The translations under genes and the position numbers were made by a program. A DNA stretch of 64,000 bases from contig DJWE01000011.1 of the NCBI GenBank assembly GCA_002441465.1, positions 3,211 through 67,210 of the forward strand, read 5' to 3'. The stretch comes from Propionibacteriaceae bacterium UBA6238. GTDB taxonomy: Bacteria; Actinomycetota; Actinomycetes; Propionibacteriales; Propionibacteriaceae. Positions 17,029-25,708 of this stretch are shown here, piece by piece (within the stretch, counting starts at the first letter, position 1; every line of letters starts with the position of its first letter). The notes below the pieces were generated by a model, which searched no databases, was not told where the DNA came from, and worked only from the letters and a program-made list of their open reading frames with translations.

Positions 17029-17823
17029 TTAGTCCTCGCTGGTGGTGACGGGGGTGACGCGGCCGAGGTCGCGGTCTTTGAGCCGGTAGCTGTCGCCTTT
17101 GAGACCGATGATTTCGGCGTGGTGGACGAGCCGGTCGATCATTGCGGCGGCGACCACGTCGTCGCCGAACACCTCGCCCCAGCGGCCGAACGGCTTGTTG
17201 GACGTGACGATCAGGGAGGCGCGTTCGTAGCGGTTGGAGACGAGCTGGAAGAACAGGTTCGCTGCTTCGGGTTCGAAGGGGATGTAGCCGACCTCGTCGA
17301 CCACGAGGAGTGGGTAGCGGCCGAGCCGGACGAGTTCGTCTTGGAGCCGGCCGGTGTGGTGGGCAGCGGCGAGCCGGTCGACCCAGCCGCTGGCGGTGTT
17401 GAACAGGACCCGGTGGCCGGCTTGGCAAGCGCGGATCGCGAGCCCGGTGGCGAGGTGGGTTTTGCCGGTGCCGGGCGGTCCGAGGAAGACGACGTTCTCC
17501 TTCGCGGTGACGAAGTCGAGGGTGCCGAGGTGGGCGATCAGGTCGCGTTTGAGGCCGCGGGCGTGGTCGAAGTCGAACTCCTCCAAGCTCTTGCGGGCGG
17601 GGAACCGGGCGGCCCGGATCCGGCCCTCGCCGCCGTGGGCATCCCTCGCAGCGACCTCGCGTTGCAGGCATGCGGCCAGGTACTCCTGGTGGGTCCAGGA
17701 CTCCGCCCTGGCCCGTTCGGCGAGCCGGCCGGCGGCATCGCGCAGCGAGGGTGCCTTGAGGGCGCGGGTGAGGTAGGCGATCTCGCCGGTGAGGTCTCGT
17801 TCGGTCTTGGTGGTGGCCATCAT
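17029..17823 (-). CDS. istB: IS21 helper ATPase IstB
   Basis: GPPGTGKTHLA, LLVVDEVGY, TSN, AMIDRLVHH, GDSYRLK. Confidence 0.95.
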   Translation of the reverse strand: MMATTKTERDLTGEIAYLTRALKAPSLRDAAGRLAERARAESWTHQEYLAACLQREVAARDAHGGEGRIRAARFPARKSLEEFDFDHARGLKRDLIAHLGTLDFVTAKENVVFLGPPGTGKTHLATGLAIRACQAGHRVLFNTASGWVDRLAAAHHTGRLQDELVRLGRYPLLVVDEVGYIPFEPEAANLFFQLVSNRYERASLIVTSNKPFGRWGEVFGDDVVAAAMIDRLVHHAEIIGLKGDSYRLKDRDLGRVTPVTTSED

Positions 17824-19052
17824 GCGGCCCCGCCGTCGTCGAGCAGGCTGTCGTACACACTGAGGTTGCGTTGCTCCACCTCGGCATCAGCGACGGGCCG
17901 TAGCGCGGCTGTCCGGGCTCGGCGCAGCTGGTGGCCGGCGGCGGCATGGGCTGGGTCGGTGATGGTTTGGTGTTTGCACCAGAGGCGTTCGTGGTCGGCT
18001 ACGAGCCGGCCCTCGCACAGCGCCTGGACCCGGTGCAGGTCGACCACGATCTCGATCCGGCGGCCGATCACCGCCGGATGCACCGAGTAGTCGTTGGAGT
18101 CGATCCGCACGTAGTGATCCCTCGCGAGCCGGGTCGAGGCCCGCCAGCCGACCGTCGGAGGCACTGGTGGCAGCGGCACCATCGCTTGGGTGTCGGCCGT
18201 GATCCGATCGGTCGGGGCGCAGCCCAACGCGCGGCGCCTGCGGGTGTTCACCACCTGCAGCCAGTCGTGGAGTTGGGTGTTGAAGTCGGCCGGGCCGGTG
18301 AAGCTGCGACCGGGCAGGAACGAGCGCTCAAGGTGGTCATGACAGCGTTCGATCAGCCCTTTGGCTTCCGGGTCGGCCGGCCGGCACACGATCACCTTCA
18401 CCCCGAGCGTGCCGCGGAACGCCTGACACTCCTCGGTCAGCTCGGGCTTGCCTGCCCGCCACCGGCCGATCGCGCCTTCGCCGTCCCACACCAGCACCCT
18501 CGGGGTCGCACCAAGAGCGTCGATCAGCTGCCACCAGCCGGCGAACAGGTCGTACTTGACCCTGGAAGGAACCAGGACCGCGGACAGCCAACGCGAGTAG
18601 CCGGTGACCATGGTCAGCACCGGCGACTCTGTCGGTCGACGCACTTGGCCGAACCCCACGGGCAGCTGGATCGGTGGGAACCAGAAGTCGCACTGGGCGA
18701 TCTCCCCGGCGTCATAGGTGGTCCGCGAGGCCGGGTCCGGCGGCAGGTACGCCGGCCGCAACTCCGCGACCCGCTGCTTCAGCACGGTGATCCCGCGCGT
18801 CCAGCCGATCCGCTCCGCGATCACCGTCGCCGGCATCGTCGGCACCTCCGCCAACAGTTCACGGATCCGCGGCTCGAACACGTCCACCGCCGACCCGGCC
18901 GGTGGCCGCTCGTACCTGGGCGGCCCGTCCGACCCGATCGCCGACCTCACCGTGTTCCTCGAGATCCTCAACCGGCGAGCGATCGCCTTGATCGCCATCC
19001 CCTCCGCACGGTGCAACCGGCGGATCTCAGCCCAGTCCTCCACGCTCAACAC
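17820..19052 (-). CDS. istA: IS21 transposase IstA
   Basis: N-terminal HTH (IKAIARRLRISRNTVR), AQCDF, VWDGE, KGLIER, NDYSVHP; overlaps istB. Confidence 0.95.
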   Translation of the reverse strand: MLSVEDWAEIRRLHRAEGMAIKAIARRLRISRNTVRSAIGSDGPPRYERPPAGSAVDVFEPRIRELLAEVPTMPATVIAERIGWTRGITVLKQRVAELRPAYLPPDPASRTTYDAGEIAQCDFWFPPIQLPVGFGQVRRPTESPVLTMVTGYSRWLSAVLVPSRVKYDLFAGWWQLIDALGATPRVLVWDGEGAIGRWRAGKPELTEECQAFRGTLGVKVIVCRPADPEAKGLIERCHDHLERSFLPGRSFTGPADFNTQLHDWLQVVNTRRRRALGCAPTDRITADTQAMVPLPPVPPTVGWRASTRLARDHYVRIDSNDYSVHPAVIGRRIEIVVDLHRVQALCEGRLVADHERLWCKHQTITDPAHAAAGHQLRRARTAALRPVADAEVEQRNLSVYDSLLDDGGAA

Positions 19053-19365
19053 TCCCCACGACCCCCTCGACTCGGATGAGTCGAGAGTCAGCCACGGGGG
19101 TCAAGATTCGAGCGGCGACACAGGGTCAGCATTCAACCGGCGCCGACAGTTCGGGGCTTCTGCGTTGAGCACTGCTGGGTTTGGTGGTGAACTGGTCGGA
19201 CCGGCCGTTGACCCACGATTGCTGGCTTCGAACGCTGGCATTGCCTCGCCATCCCGGAACCCCAACAACTGGTGATGGCCCTAACCTGTGCGGGCAAGAC
19301 CGGGACGACCAGCCCGACTGATACTCGTCCACCGCTGGATCCCAGAGCGGGTGGAGCCGGGACGT

Positions 19366-20688
19366 TCAACTGCTCTCACGCGGTTTGGCTAGCCCTGACA
19401 TCCGGGCAGACAGACGTTCGGCGATGAGTTGGTCGCGGTCGGCGGCTGTGTGCTGGTAGACCAACGCCGCCTTGGGGGTGGTGTGGCCGAGCCTGTCCAT
19501 CAGCTCCTTGAGTGTGGCTCCCGACTGGGCGGCCATCGTCGCTCCGGTGTGGCGCAGATCGTGGAAGCGCAGGTTCGGCCTGCCAGCGGCGATCCGGGAC
19601 TTGTTCCACCAGTTGCCGAAGGTTCGGTGGTGCAGCGGGTTGCCTGTACCGGACGGGAAGAGGAGCCCCATCCGCCCAGGCTGGGTGTAGAGCGCCAGGT
19701 GCGTCTCCAAGTCGGGAATCAACGCCGGTGGGACGTGTACCTCGCGTGCACCGGCGGCGGTCTTCGGGGTGTCGATGACGGCATGACCTTCGATGTGCTG
19801 GACGGATCGGCGGACGTGCAGGACGCCGACCACGACCGGCGTCCCGTCCTCGGCCTTGCCGTGGGTGATGCTGACGTCGCCGCGTCGCAGCTCGAGGACC
19901 TCGCCGATGCGGAGGGTGCACCAGACGCCGAGGAGGACGGCAAGCCGGTAGCGCTCGGGCATCGCCTCGTGCAGCTTGGCGAGCTGCTCGCTGGTGACCA
20001 TCTCGACGCGGTGCTTCACTGGCGCCTTGCCGGCGCCCTTGATCCGGCAGGGGTTGGCCGGGATGCGTTCGTCCTCGACGGCAGTGGTCAGGATCGTCCG
20101 CAACAGGGCGTAAGCCGATGCCTGCTCGGTGGGCGTCTTGGCGAAGGTGCGGTACCAGGCCAGGACATCCTCCTTGGTGATGTCCTTGAGTTCGGTGTCC
20201 CCGAAGGTCGGGTAGATCTTCGCCTTCAGTAGACGCCGGTAGTCGGCTTGAGAGCGGGCCTTCAGCGGCTGACCGTTGCGGTTGTGGCGGTTCTGGACCC
20301 AGGGGTCGGCGTATTCGCGCAGCGTGAGGGCAGCAGCCTTGGCGCGCCGCTCGGCGTCGCGGGCTGCGTCCTCGCGGGCCAAGGGGGAGGTCCATTCGTC
20401 CAGGTCGATGAGGCGCCGCTCCTTGGCGAGCCACAGCTCGGCGTCGACCTTGGCCATGAACACGGTCGGGGCGTAGTGGCGCTGGTCGTCGGGGCCGACG
20501 TAGCTGGCGTGGTACCCGCTGCGGAGCTTCTTGATCGCTCCCCAGGTCCGACGCTTCTGCTCCCCCATATGCTGGTAGCAGTAGCCGTTCGCCTTCTTGC
20601 TCTTCGCTGCAGTGAGTCCACACCGAGAGCCGTCGGCCTTGATCATTCGGCACCTCGTGCCGGGGTCCTTCGGCACTCCTCGTGGCAC
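19366..20688 (-). CDS. int: Tyrosine integrase (mycobacteriophage L5-like) with N-terminal C3H motif
   Basis: LRIGEVLELR, HDLRH, LGH, YQH catalytic motifs. WGAIKKLRSGYHASY arm-binding region. GGAGG Shine-Dalgarno upstream of GTG 20688. Confidence 0.93.
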   Translation of the reverse strand: MPRGVPKDPGTRCRMIKADGSRCGLTAAKSKKANGYCYQHMGEQKRRTWGAIKKLRSGYHASYVGPDDQRHYAPTVFMAKVDAELWLAKERRLIDLDEWTSPLAREDAARDAERRAKAAALTLREYADPWVQNRHNRNGQPLKARSQADYRRLLKAKIYPTFGDTELKDITKEDVLAWYRTFAKTPTEQASAYALLRTILTTAVEDERIPANPCRIKGAGKAPVKHRVEMVTSEQLAKLHEAMPERYRLAVLLGVWCTLRIGEVLELRRGDVSITHGKAEDGTPVVVGVLHVRRSVQHIEGHAVIDTPKTAAGAREVHVPPALIPDLETHLALYTQPGRMGLLFPSGTGNPLHHRTFGNWWNKSRIAAGRPNLRFHDLRHTGATMAAQSGATLKELMDRLGHTTPKAALVYQHTAADRDQLIAERLSARMSGLAKPRESS

Positions 20689-20705
20689 GTTGACCTCCCG
20701 GATTC

Positions 20706-20727
20706 CGTTCCCTTAGCGTTCCCTTAG
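20706..20727 (+). repeat. Tandem 11-bp direct repeat, putative integrase arm-type sites (left)
   Basis: CGTTCCCTTAG x2 immediately upstream of int. Confidence 0.6.
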
Positions 20728-20851
20728 CAGTCCGGAAACAGCCTACTTCGGCCCACTTCGTGACTCCAAGGATGAGCCCAACCAAGTACTAAAATGCCTA
20801 GTCAGCGAGCCGCAAACCGCCTCAATCGGGCTAGCTGGCGCAGACCCCGTA

Positions 20852-20882
20852 CTCACGAGTTCGAATCTCGTATCCTCCGCCA
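20852..20882 (+). other. att core: 3' fragment of a tRNA gene (probably tRNA-Ser), T-arm to CCA
   Basis: CTCACGAGTTCGAATCTCGTATCCTCCGCCA contains a T-arm (ACGAG-TTCGAAT-CTCGT), the 3' acceptor strand and CCA. There is no matching 5' half upstream. The Ser assignment is from recalled actinobacterial tRNA-Ser(GGA) sequences. Confidence 0.8.
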
Positions 20883-20889
20883 CTCGCAA

Positions 20890-20928
20890 ACCGGCTCCGA
20901 CTAGGCTAAACAGCCTGTTGGAGCCGGT
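20890..20928 (+). terminator. Stem-loop downstream of the tRNA fragment (terminator-like)
   Basis: ACCGGCTCCGAC-T-AGGCT-AAAC-AGCCT-GTTGGAGCCGGT inverted repeat. Confidence 0.65.
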
Positions 20929-20941
20929 CGCGTTTCGGGCC

Positions 20942-20963
20942 CGTGCTTTTATCGTGCTTTTAG
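20942..20963 (+). repeat. Tandem 11-bp-period repeat, putative arm-type sites (right)
   Basis: CGTGCTTTTAT-CGTGCTTTTAG; 8/11 identical to the left repeat unit and in the same orientation. Confidence 0.55.
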
Positions 20964-20979
20964 AGTCAGCATGATGGTC

Positions 20980-21119
20980 GCCCGCGGACAGTGAGGCGAC
21001 CGCAACTGCTCATGTCTGGGGAGCTGGCGCGGTGCGATCTCCCTTGCCCGCGGACAGTGAGGCGACCGCAACTGCTCATGTCTGGGGAGCTGGCGCGGTG
21101 CGATCTCCCTTGCTCGCGG
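20980..21119. repeat. 66-bp perfect tandem duplication (two copies plus a short partial third)
   Basis: Unit GCCCGCGGACAGTGAGGCGACC...GATCTCCCTT begins at 20980 and 21046, with a partial copy at 21112. Confidence 0.9.
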
Positions 21120-21215
21120 GCGCGGCAATTGCCGACTGGTGCCGACGCCCTTCAGTCTGGAACCGACCCCCGCATGAAACGAGCAGTGGCTTCCCGGCAG
21201 GATGCTTCACGGCAG

Positions 21216-23567
21216 CTATGGCGTGGACGCCGTTAAGTCGTCCGCAGTGAGGCGTCCCTGGTTCCTCAGCCTTACGGTCACCGGGATGTGCTGCAGGCGC
21301 TCGAGGAACTTCTCGTAGTCGGCGATGCGTTCCATGGGGTCAGCGTCCAACTCGAACTCGCGGCGTAGAGCGGCGGTGCCAGCGCGGATCACATCTCCCG
21401 CTACCGAATCATCGGCAGCGGCGTCGATTCGGCGCAGTACCACTGTGCCGATGTCGCGCACTCCCCCGGTCGGGTGATCGCGAACGAACTCGTCGATGAT
21501 TCGGTCAACGCGCCGGTCGCGCCGCTCGTCGTTCTCACGCTCTCGGGCCAACTGCAGCGTCTCGGCGAGCTTCCGGATGAGTGACTTGAAGTTGGCGTCC
21601 AGCACACCGATACCCGCCGGTTGGATCTCGTCTTCCTCATGCTCCTTGAGATATCCGAGGATCTCCTTCGCAAAGCCGGCCTTCCCGATACCCGTCCCGA
21701 ACACTTTGCTGAATGCGGCCTCGATCGCGTTCCACATCGAGCTGTTGCCCTTGGTCAGCTCGGCCTTGACGCCCTTGGCATTGAGTTCGGCGCACTCATC
21801 CGCCGTCGCGCCGAGGAGGTGCTCGGCGTACCGATGTGCCGCGACAACGGCTACTTCCATCGGCACGAGGTCCTCTGGCTCCTCGATCGTCACACCGGCC
21901 GCAGCCGAAGCATCGGAGGCGGTAGCCCACTCGCCGAGCATGACGATCAGATCTTCGGTGACGGTGGGCCTTCCCTTGGCGCCACCCTTCAAGATCTGGC
22001 TCCGGGCGGTCTTCCCAGCGGTGTCGCTATCCAGGAGCACCGCGCACGCTGGTTTGTACTGGTCGCGTCCACGGGCGAGGTAAAGCATGTAAGGCACGTT
22101 CGTACCGCCAGGCACGAGTGTGACCTGGTTCAGGTCCAGGCACTGGCTCGGCGCAACGCCAGCTCGTCGGAAGCGGGCATTCATCCCGGCGATGAGGACC
22201 TGGTCGGAGATGCCTTCTACGAAAAGGTTGTCCCCACCGATGAACGCGGTCTCAGCAACGAACGCGCCGAGCGAGGTACGGAGTGGCTCGTAGTGGTTCT
22301 GAGTGACGTCCTTGACTAGGCGAGTCCCCTCGTCGCGTGAGCCCTTATCTACGACACGCACGCGGTGGCCAGCGTTGCGGTTGATCAGGAATGGCGAGTG
22401 AGTGACGTACACAACCTGGTCGGCTCGATCCTCATCTTCGGGATGCACGTACTCCTCGAGAACTCGCAAGAGGTCCTGCTGGCCCAGGGCCGAGAGGTAC
22501 GCGTCTGGCTCGTCCATCACGAGCACCTCAGGATGGTCGATTGGACGATCGTGAGACCGGAGCTGCACGTAGTAGCTGAGGAAGTAGGTCAGGCCGCGGC
22601 TGCGTTCACTGAACGAGTAGTCCGTCCCCGTGCGGTCGCGGATGGTGAAGACGAGCTCGTGTTCTCGCGGTGAGACCCTAAGTTGGAAGTCCTCGTCCTG
22701 GCTCCACCACTTCGAGATGTTCAGGTGCCTTGCCAGCGACTTGTTCATCTCCTGAATCAGAGCGTTCACCAAGCCCTCACGCTCGTCCTCGATGGCATCC
22801 CGGAGATCAGCAAACGCTGATGCCTCGATGCGCGCCACCTTCGTAAGCAGGACCCTGCCGAGCTTCTGCTCGTCGGTCTCCAAGCCACTCGCCGCACCTA
22901 GGAGCGCAAACAGAGCACTCGCCTTCGGTGCTACCTCGGTCTCAGCGCCGATGCCGAAGAGGAACCGGAGAAGTTCGTATCGCCTCTGACGGCTGACAAT
23001 CGGAGCCGCGGACTGCGCAAGCGCGGCGATCGACACCGAGTCGGGCAGCTCTACTTGCGTCTTCAGAAGGAATGCGTGTGGAAGCAAAGCCTGAAGCCCA
23101 GTCGCCGCCTCACCTTCAAGTTCCACGCGCTCGTCGGCGGAGTTGAGAACCTCGATGCGACCCGGGTCTGGGCGGAGCATGAGCAGATCGCCGTTCGCGA
23201 GCAGAGGCACCCCCAGAGCGGCCAGTGCAGTCTTGTCCGCACCGGTCAACTCGAAGACCCCGCCAACCTCGGGGTATCGTCGCTGATCCTTCTCCACCGA
23301 GAACAGCGTCGAGTAGCGGCAGAAGTCGTTCTGAGAGAGCCCGCTGCCCGTGAGCAGGATGGTGATGGCATCGAGAAGATGCGACTTCCCGGACTCGTTC
23401 GCACCAACGACCGCGGTGATGTCGTGCTCTAGGTTGATGCGAACATGAGGCAGCCATCCGTCGGGCGTCTCCTGCCACTTCAACCTCTCGGACTTGATGT
23501 TGGCCTTGAGCTCGTAGTCGTAGTTGAACGACTTGTACCAACGGATGAGTACCTCTCGGATGCGCAC
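21216..23567 (-). CDS. OLD-family ABC ATPase-TOPRIM nuclease
   Basis: VVGANESGKS Walker A, SERSRGL signature, VMDEPDAYL Walker B, YVTHSPF, TOPRIM FVEGISD and LLDSD. The GTG at 23567 has GAAGGAGA upstream. Confidence 0.85.
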   Translation of the reverse strand: MRIREVLIRWYKSFNYDYELKANIKSERLKWQETPDGWLPHVRINLEHDITAVVGANESGKSHLLDAITILLTGSGLSQNDFCRYSTLFSVEKDQRRYPEVGGVFELTGADKTALAALGVPLLANGDLLMLRPDPGRIEVLNSADERVELEGEAATGLQALLPHAFLLKTQVELPDSVSIAALAQSAAPIVSRQRRYELLRFLFGIGAETEVAPKASALFALLGAASGLETDEQKLGRVLLTKVARIEASAFADLRDAIEDEREGLVNALIQEMNKSLARHLNISKWWSQDEDFQLRVSPREHELVFTIRDRTGTDYSFSERSRGLTYFLSYYVQLRSHDRPIDHPEVLVMDEPDAYLSALGQQDLLRVLEEYVHPEDEDRADQVVYVTHSPFLINRNAGHRVRVVDKGSRDEGTRLVKDVTQNHYEPLRTSLGAFVAETAFIGGDNLFVEGISDQVLIAGMNARFRRAGVAPSQCLDLNQVTLVPGGTNVPYMLYLARGRDQYKPACAVLLDSDTAGKTARSQILKGGAKGRPTVTEDLIVMLGEWATASDASAAAGVTIEEPEDLVPMEVAVVAAHRYAEHLLGATADECAELNAKGVKAELTKGNSSMWNAIEAAFSKVFGTGIGKAGFAKEILGYLKEHEEDEIQPAGIGVLDANFKSLIRKLAETLQLARERENDERRDRRVDRIIDEFVRDHPTGGVRDIGTVVLRRIDAAADDSVAGDVIRAGTAALRREFELDADPMERIADYEKFLERLQHIPVTVRLRNQGRLTADDLTASTP

Positions 23568-23704
23568 TCGGTCTCCTTCGGCTGTCTGAGGGAAGCAAAT
23601 CACGTGCCTCCGACAGTCAGGGCGCAAACACGTGGAGACGCTCACTGGCGCGGACACGAAGCGGCCACCAGAGCCGGGCAACCCGTTCCGAGATGACTGG
23701 TACT

Positions 23705-23917
23705 TCACGCGATCTGGCGATACCTCCGTGCCGCGGGAAGCGGCCGGAACATCCGCTTGAGGTCGTCGATCCGGACGCGGATCAGTCGGCGGCCCGCGTG
23801 GACTGCAGGGAGCTCGCCGGTGCGGATGCGCTCCCTCAGGAGATCGACGCTCACGGCGTAGAGCGCGGCGGCGTCCTGGAGCGAGATGTACTCGGGCCTC
23901 AACGTGCTGGAGGTCAT
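23705..23917 (-). CDS. xis: Excisionase (HTH_17-type recombination directionality factor)
   Basis: YISLQDAAALYAVSVDLLRERIRTGELPAVHAGRRLIRV; 70 aa from ATG 23917. Confidence 0.85.
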   Translation of the reverse strand: MTSSTLRPEYISLQDAAALYAVSVDLLRERIRTGELPAVHAGRRLIRVRIDDLKRMFRPLPAARRYRQIA

Positions 23918-24310
23918 GGCGCGTTCTCCGTTTCGCTCGCGGTGGGCTGCCGCCGATGGGATTGCCTGCACCAATAACAGGCAGACGAGCCGTCCTTCTG
24001 TGGCCAACAGTGCGACGGGTACGCCGTGGGCGATGCCAGCGGCTGACGAATTGCCTCAGGCCGCGAGGGGTTGACGACCCGGAGACCGGGGTTCACGCTG
24101 GAAGCACTCCAACCTTCCCCGGGGTAGCGAGTTCTTCCCGTGAGGCGCCTCTCGGCGTGGGAGAGGGCTGGTTTCCCCGCTGGTGGCTGGAGCGCAACTG
24201 GAACCAGCTGGACCCCCTCAGCGGTGAATCTTCGAAGCGCATCTCCGAAGTCGTGGCCACCGAAGCCTCGGCCATCTGCCTGTAAGGGGTAGGAGCGGAA
24301 GGAGATCCGC

Positions 24311-24925
24311 GTGCTGTTCTGGAGAGAACGCCGGCCCGGCGTTGCGATCAGTGCGATTGCGCTGGCCGCGATCGCTGGCTGCACTTCGACCGTTGCTCCG
24401 ACGCCGAGCGCGAGCCCCACGTCGGCGGCGACATCCACGCCGACCGCCAGCGTCACCCCCTCAGCGAGTGCAACGCCGACTTGGAACCCTGAGCAGGTGG
24501 CGGCAATCGAGGTGGTCGGCAAGTTCGCGGACGCAGACGACAAGATCGGTGCGGACCCGTCCGCCTTCACTGAGAAGCAGATGACCAACCTGCTCAAGGA
24601 GTTCAGTGGCGGTGAAGCGCTGAACGGGACGGTGAACTGGAACCTGCTGCTCAAGAAGAACGGTTACCGGCTGAGCGGCGAGATCGTAATCGTCAGCACT
24701 GACGCCACCCGGCCTGTCGATAACGGTCGAGGCGCTGAAGTCCATGTCACACAGTGCCAAGATCAGCGGCAGGGCAAGATCGTTGACAAGGGTGGAAACC
24801 CGGTGACAGCGGACGAGTTCCAGATCGCTGAGTTCAACCTCCGGCAGTTCTCGGTCCGCAAGCCTCCCGGGGAAGCGACGTTCCGCGTGTTCGGCTTCCA
24901 GACCATCAACGGGAAGTGCCCGTGA
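24311..24925 (+). CDS. Putative secreted lipoprotein
   Basis: Lipobox IAGC after a hydrophobic stretch, S/T/P-rich linker, VTQCQD motif. Confidence 0.7.
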   Translation: MLFWRERRPGVAISAIALAAIAGCTSTVAPTPSASPTSAATSTPTASVTPSASATPTWNPEQVAAIEVVGKFADADDKIGADPSAFTEKQMTNLLKEFSGGEALNGTVNWNLLLKKNGYRLSGEIVIVSTDATRPVDNGRGAEVHVTQCQDQRQGKIVDKGGNPVTADEFQIAEFNLRQFSVRKPPGEATFRVFGFQTINGKCP

Positions 24926-25692
24926 TGGTCCGCCGATGGTCCTTGCTCATGGCGGTCATCGTGGGACTCGCCCTTGGGTGGGTGGTGCCGGGCACTGCCT
25001 ACGCGGATGGCGACGCAACGTGCAGCCGCCTTGGGCAATGCGAGACCTCCGACATAGGGCCGGGTGGCCCCAGTAGCAGCGATCCGGGCGACTCAAAGGA
25101 CAAGGCGCCCGAGTTGCCACTTTGCGCGGACTTCCCAGGGGCGTCAGATTCGCCGCCTGACGACCCGACTGGCTGGGTTCAGGTGGGCTGCATGGAGGGT
25201 TCGATCGCCATCACTCTGTGGGTGGAGGGCGGTCCGAGCGTCGAGCAGATCGCGCGGTCGCTGGTTGCACGGGTCCAGCTGGAGCCGATCGACATCGGAT
25301 TGGTTCCACGGGGCGTGGACGCGATGACGGTGGTCGGCATGCCCGTGTGGTTGTGGGTGAACGATCCGACTCCGACGACGTGGGGTCCCGCGACCATCTC
25401 CGCCGGCGGAGTGACCCTCACCGCGAGGGTGCAGTCGGTGACTTGGGACATGGGCGACGGGACGACGCTGACCTGCGGCAAGGGCACCGAGTGGAAGCGC
25501 GGGATGGGCGGCAACCCGTCTCCGACCTGCGGCCACACGTACGACGAGCAGGGCCGCTACACGATCCGGGCGCGGTCGCACTGGCTTGCGACGTGGTCGG
25601 GCTATGGCCGGTCGGGGACGATTCCGGTCATGTTGAGCGCGTCGAGGCGACTTGATGTGGGGGAGATCCAGGTGATCGAGACGGACGGATAG
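24922..25692 (+). CDS. Secreted PKD/Ig-like protein of actinobacterial Tad clusters
   Basis: Signal peptide (AYA), VGMPVWLW, VTWDMGDG, CGHTY. Confidence 0.7.
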   Translation: MMVRRWSLLMAVIVGLALGWVVPGTAYADGDATCSRLGQCETSDIGPGGPSSSDPGDSKDKAPELPLCADFPGASDSPPDDPTGWVQVGCMEGSIAITLWVEGGPSVEQIARSLVARVQLEPIDIGLVPRGVDAMTVVGMPVWLWVNDPTPTTWGPATISAGGVTLTARVQSVTWDMGDGTTLTCGKGTEWKRGMGGNPSPTCGHTYDEQGRYTIRARSHWLATWSGYGRSGTIPVMLSASRRLDVGEIQVIETDG

Positions 25693-25708
25693 CGCTGGGA
25701 GGTCTGGG

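Larger units (their letters stand above)
16969..19148 (-). mobile_element. IS21-family insertion sequence, complete, with 5-bp target duplication GTTCG
   Basis: Left end TGTCAACGCCGGTCGAATTTTGACCC; reverse complement of the right end TGTCGGCGCCGGTTGAATGCTGACCC. GTTCG at 16964-16968 and 19149-19153. Contains istA and istB. Confidence 0.93.

Noticed and set aside
15581..17947. 788-aa IS-TcmP fusion protein
   Set aside because: The first ~408 codons are an off-frame reading of istB and the IS end; recognisable TcmP starts at ATG 16723.
19376..20785. 469-aa ORF overlapping the integrase
   Set aside because: Alternative-frame ORF typical of high-GC DNA, with no motifs.
20795..20882. Complete tRNA gene
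   Set aside because: Only the T-arm and 3' acceptor strand are present; the complementary GGAGGAT 5' strand and the D and anticodon arms are missing.
20980..21119. CRISPR array, or the 81-aa ORF 20991..21236
   Set aside because: The units are contiguous identical copies with no spacers, and the ORF simply reflects the 66-bp period.
21216..23567. Gabija system
   Set aside because: No UvrD-like GajB neighbour.
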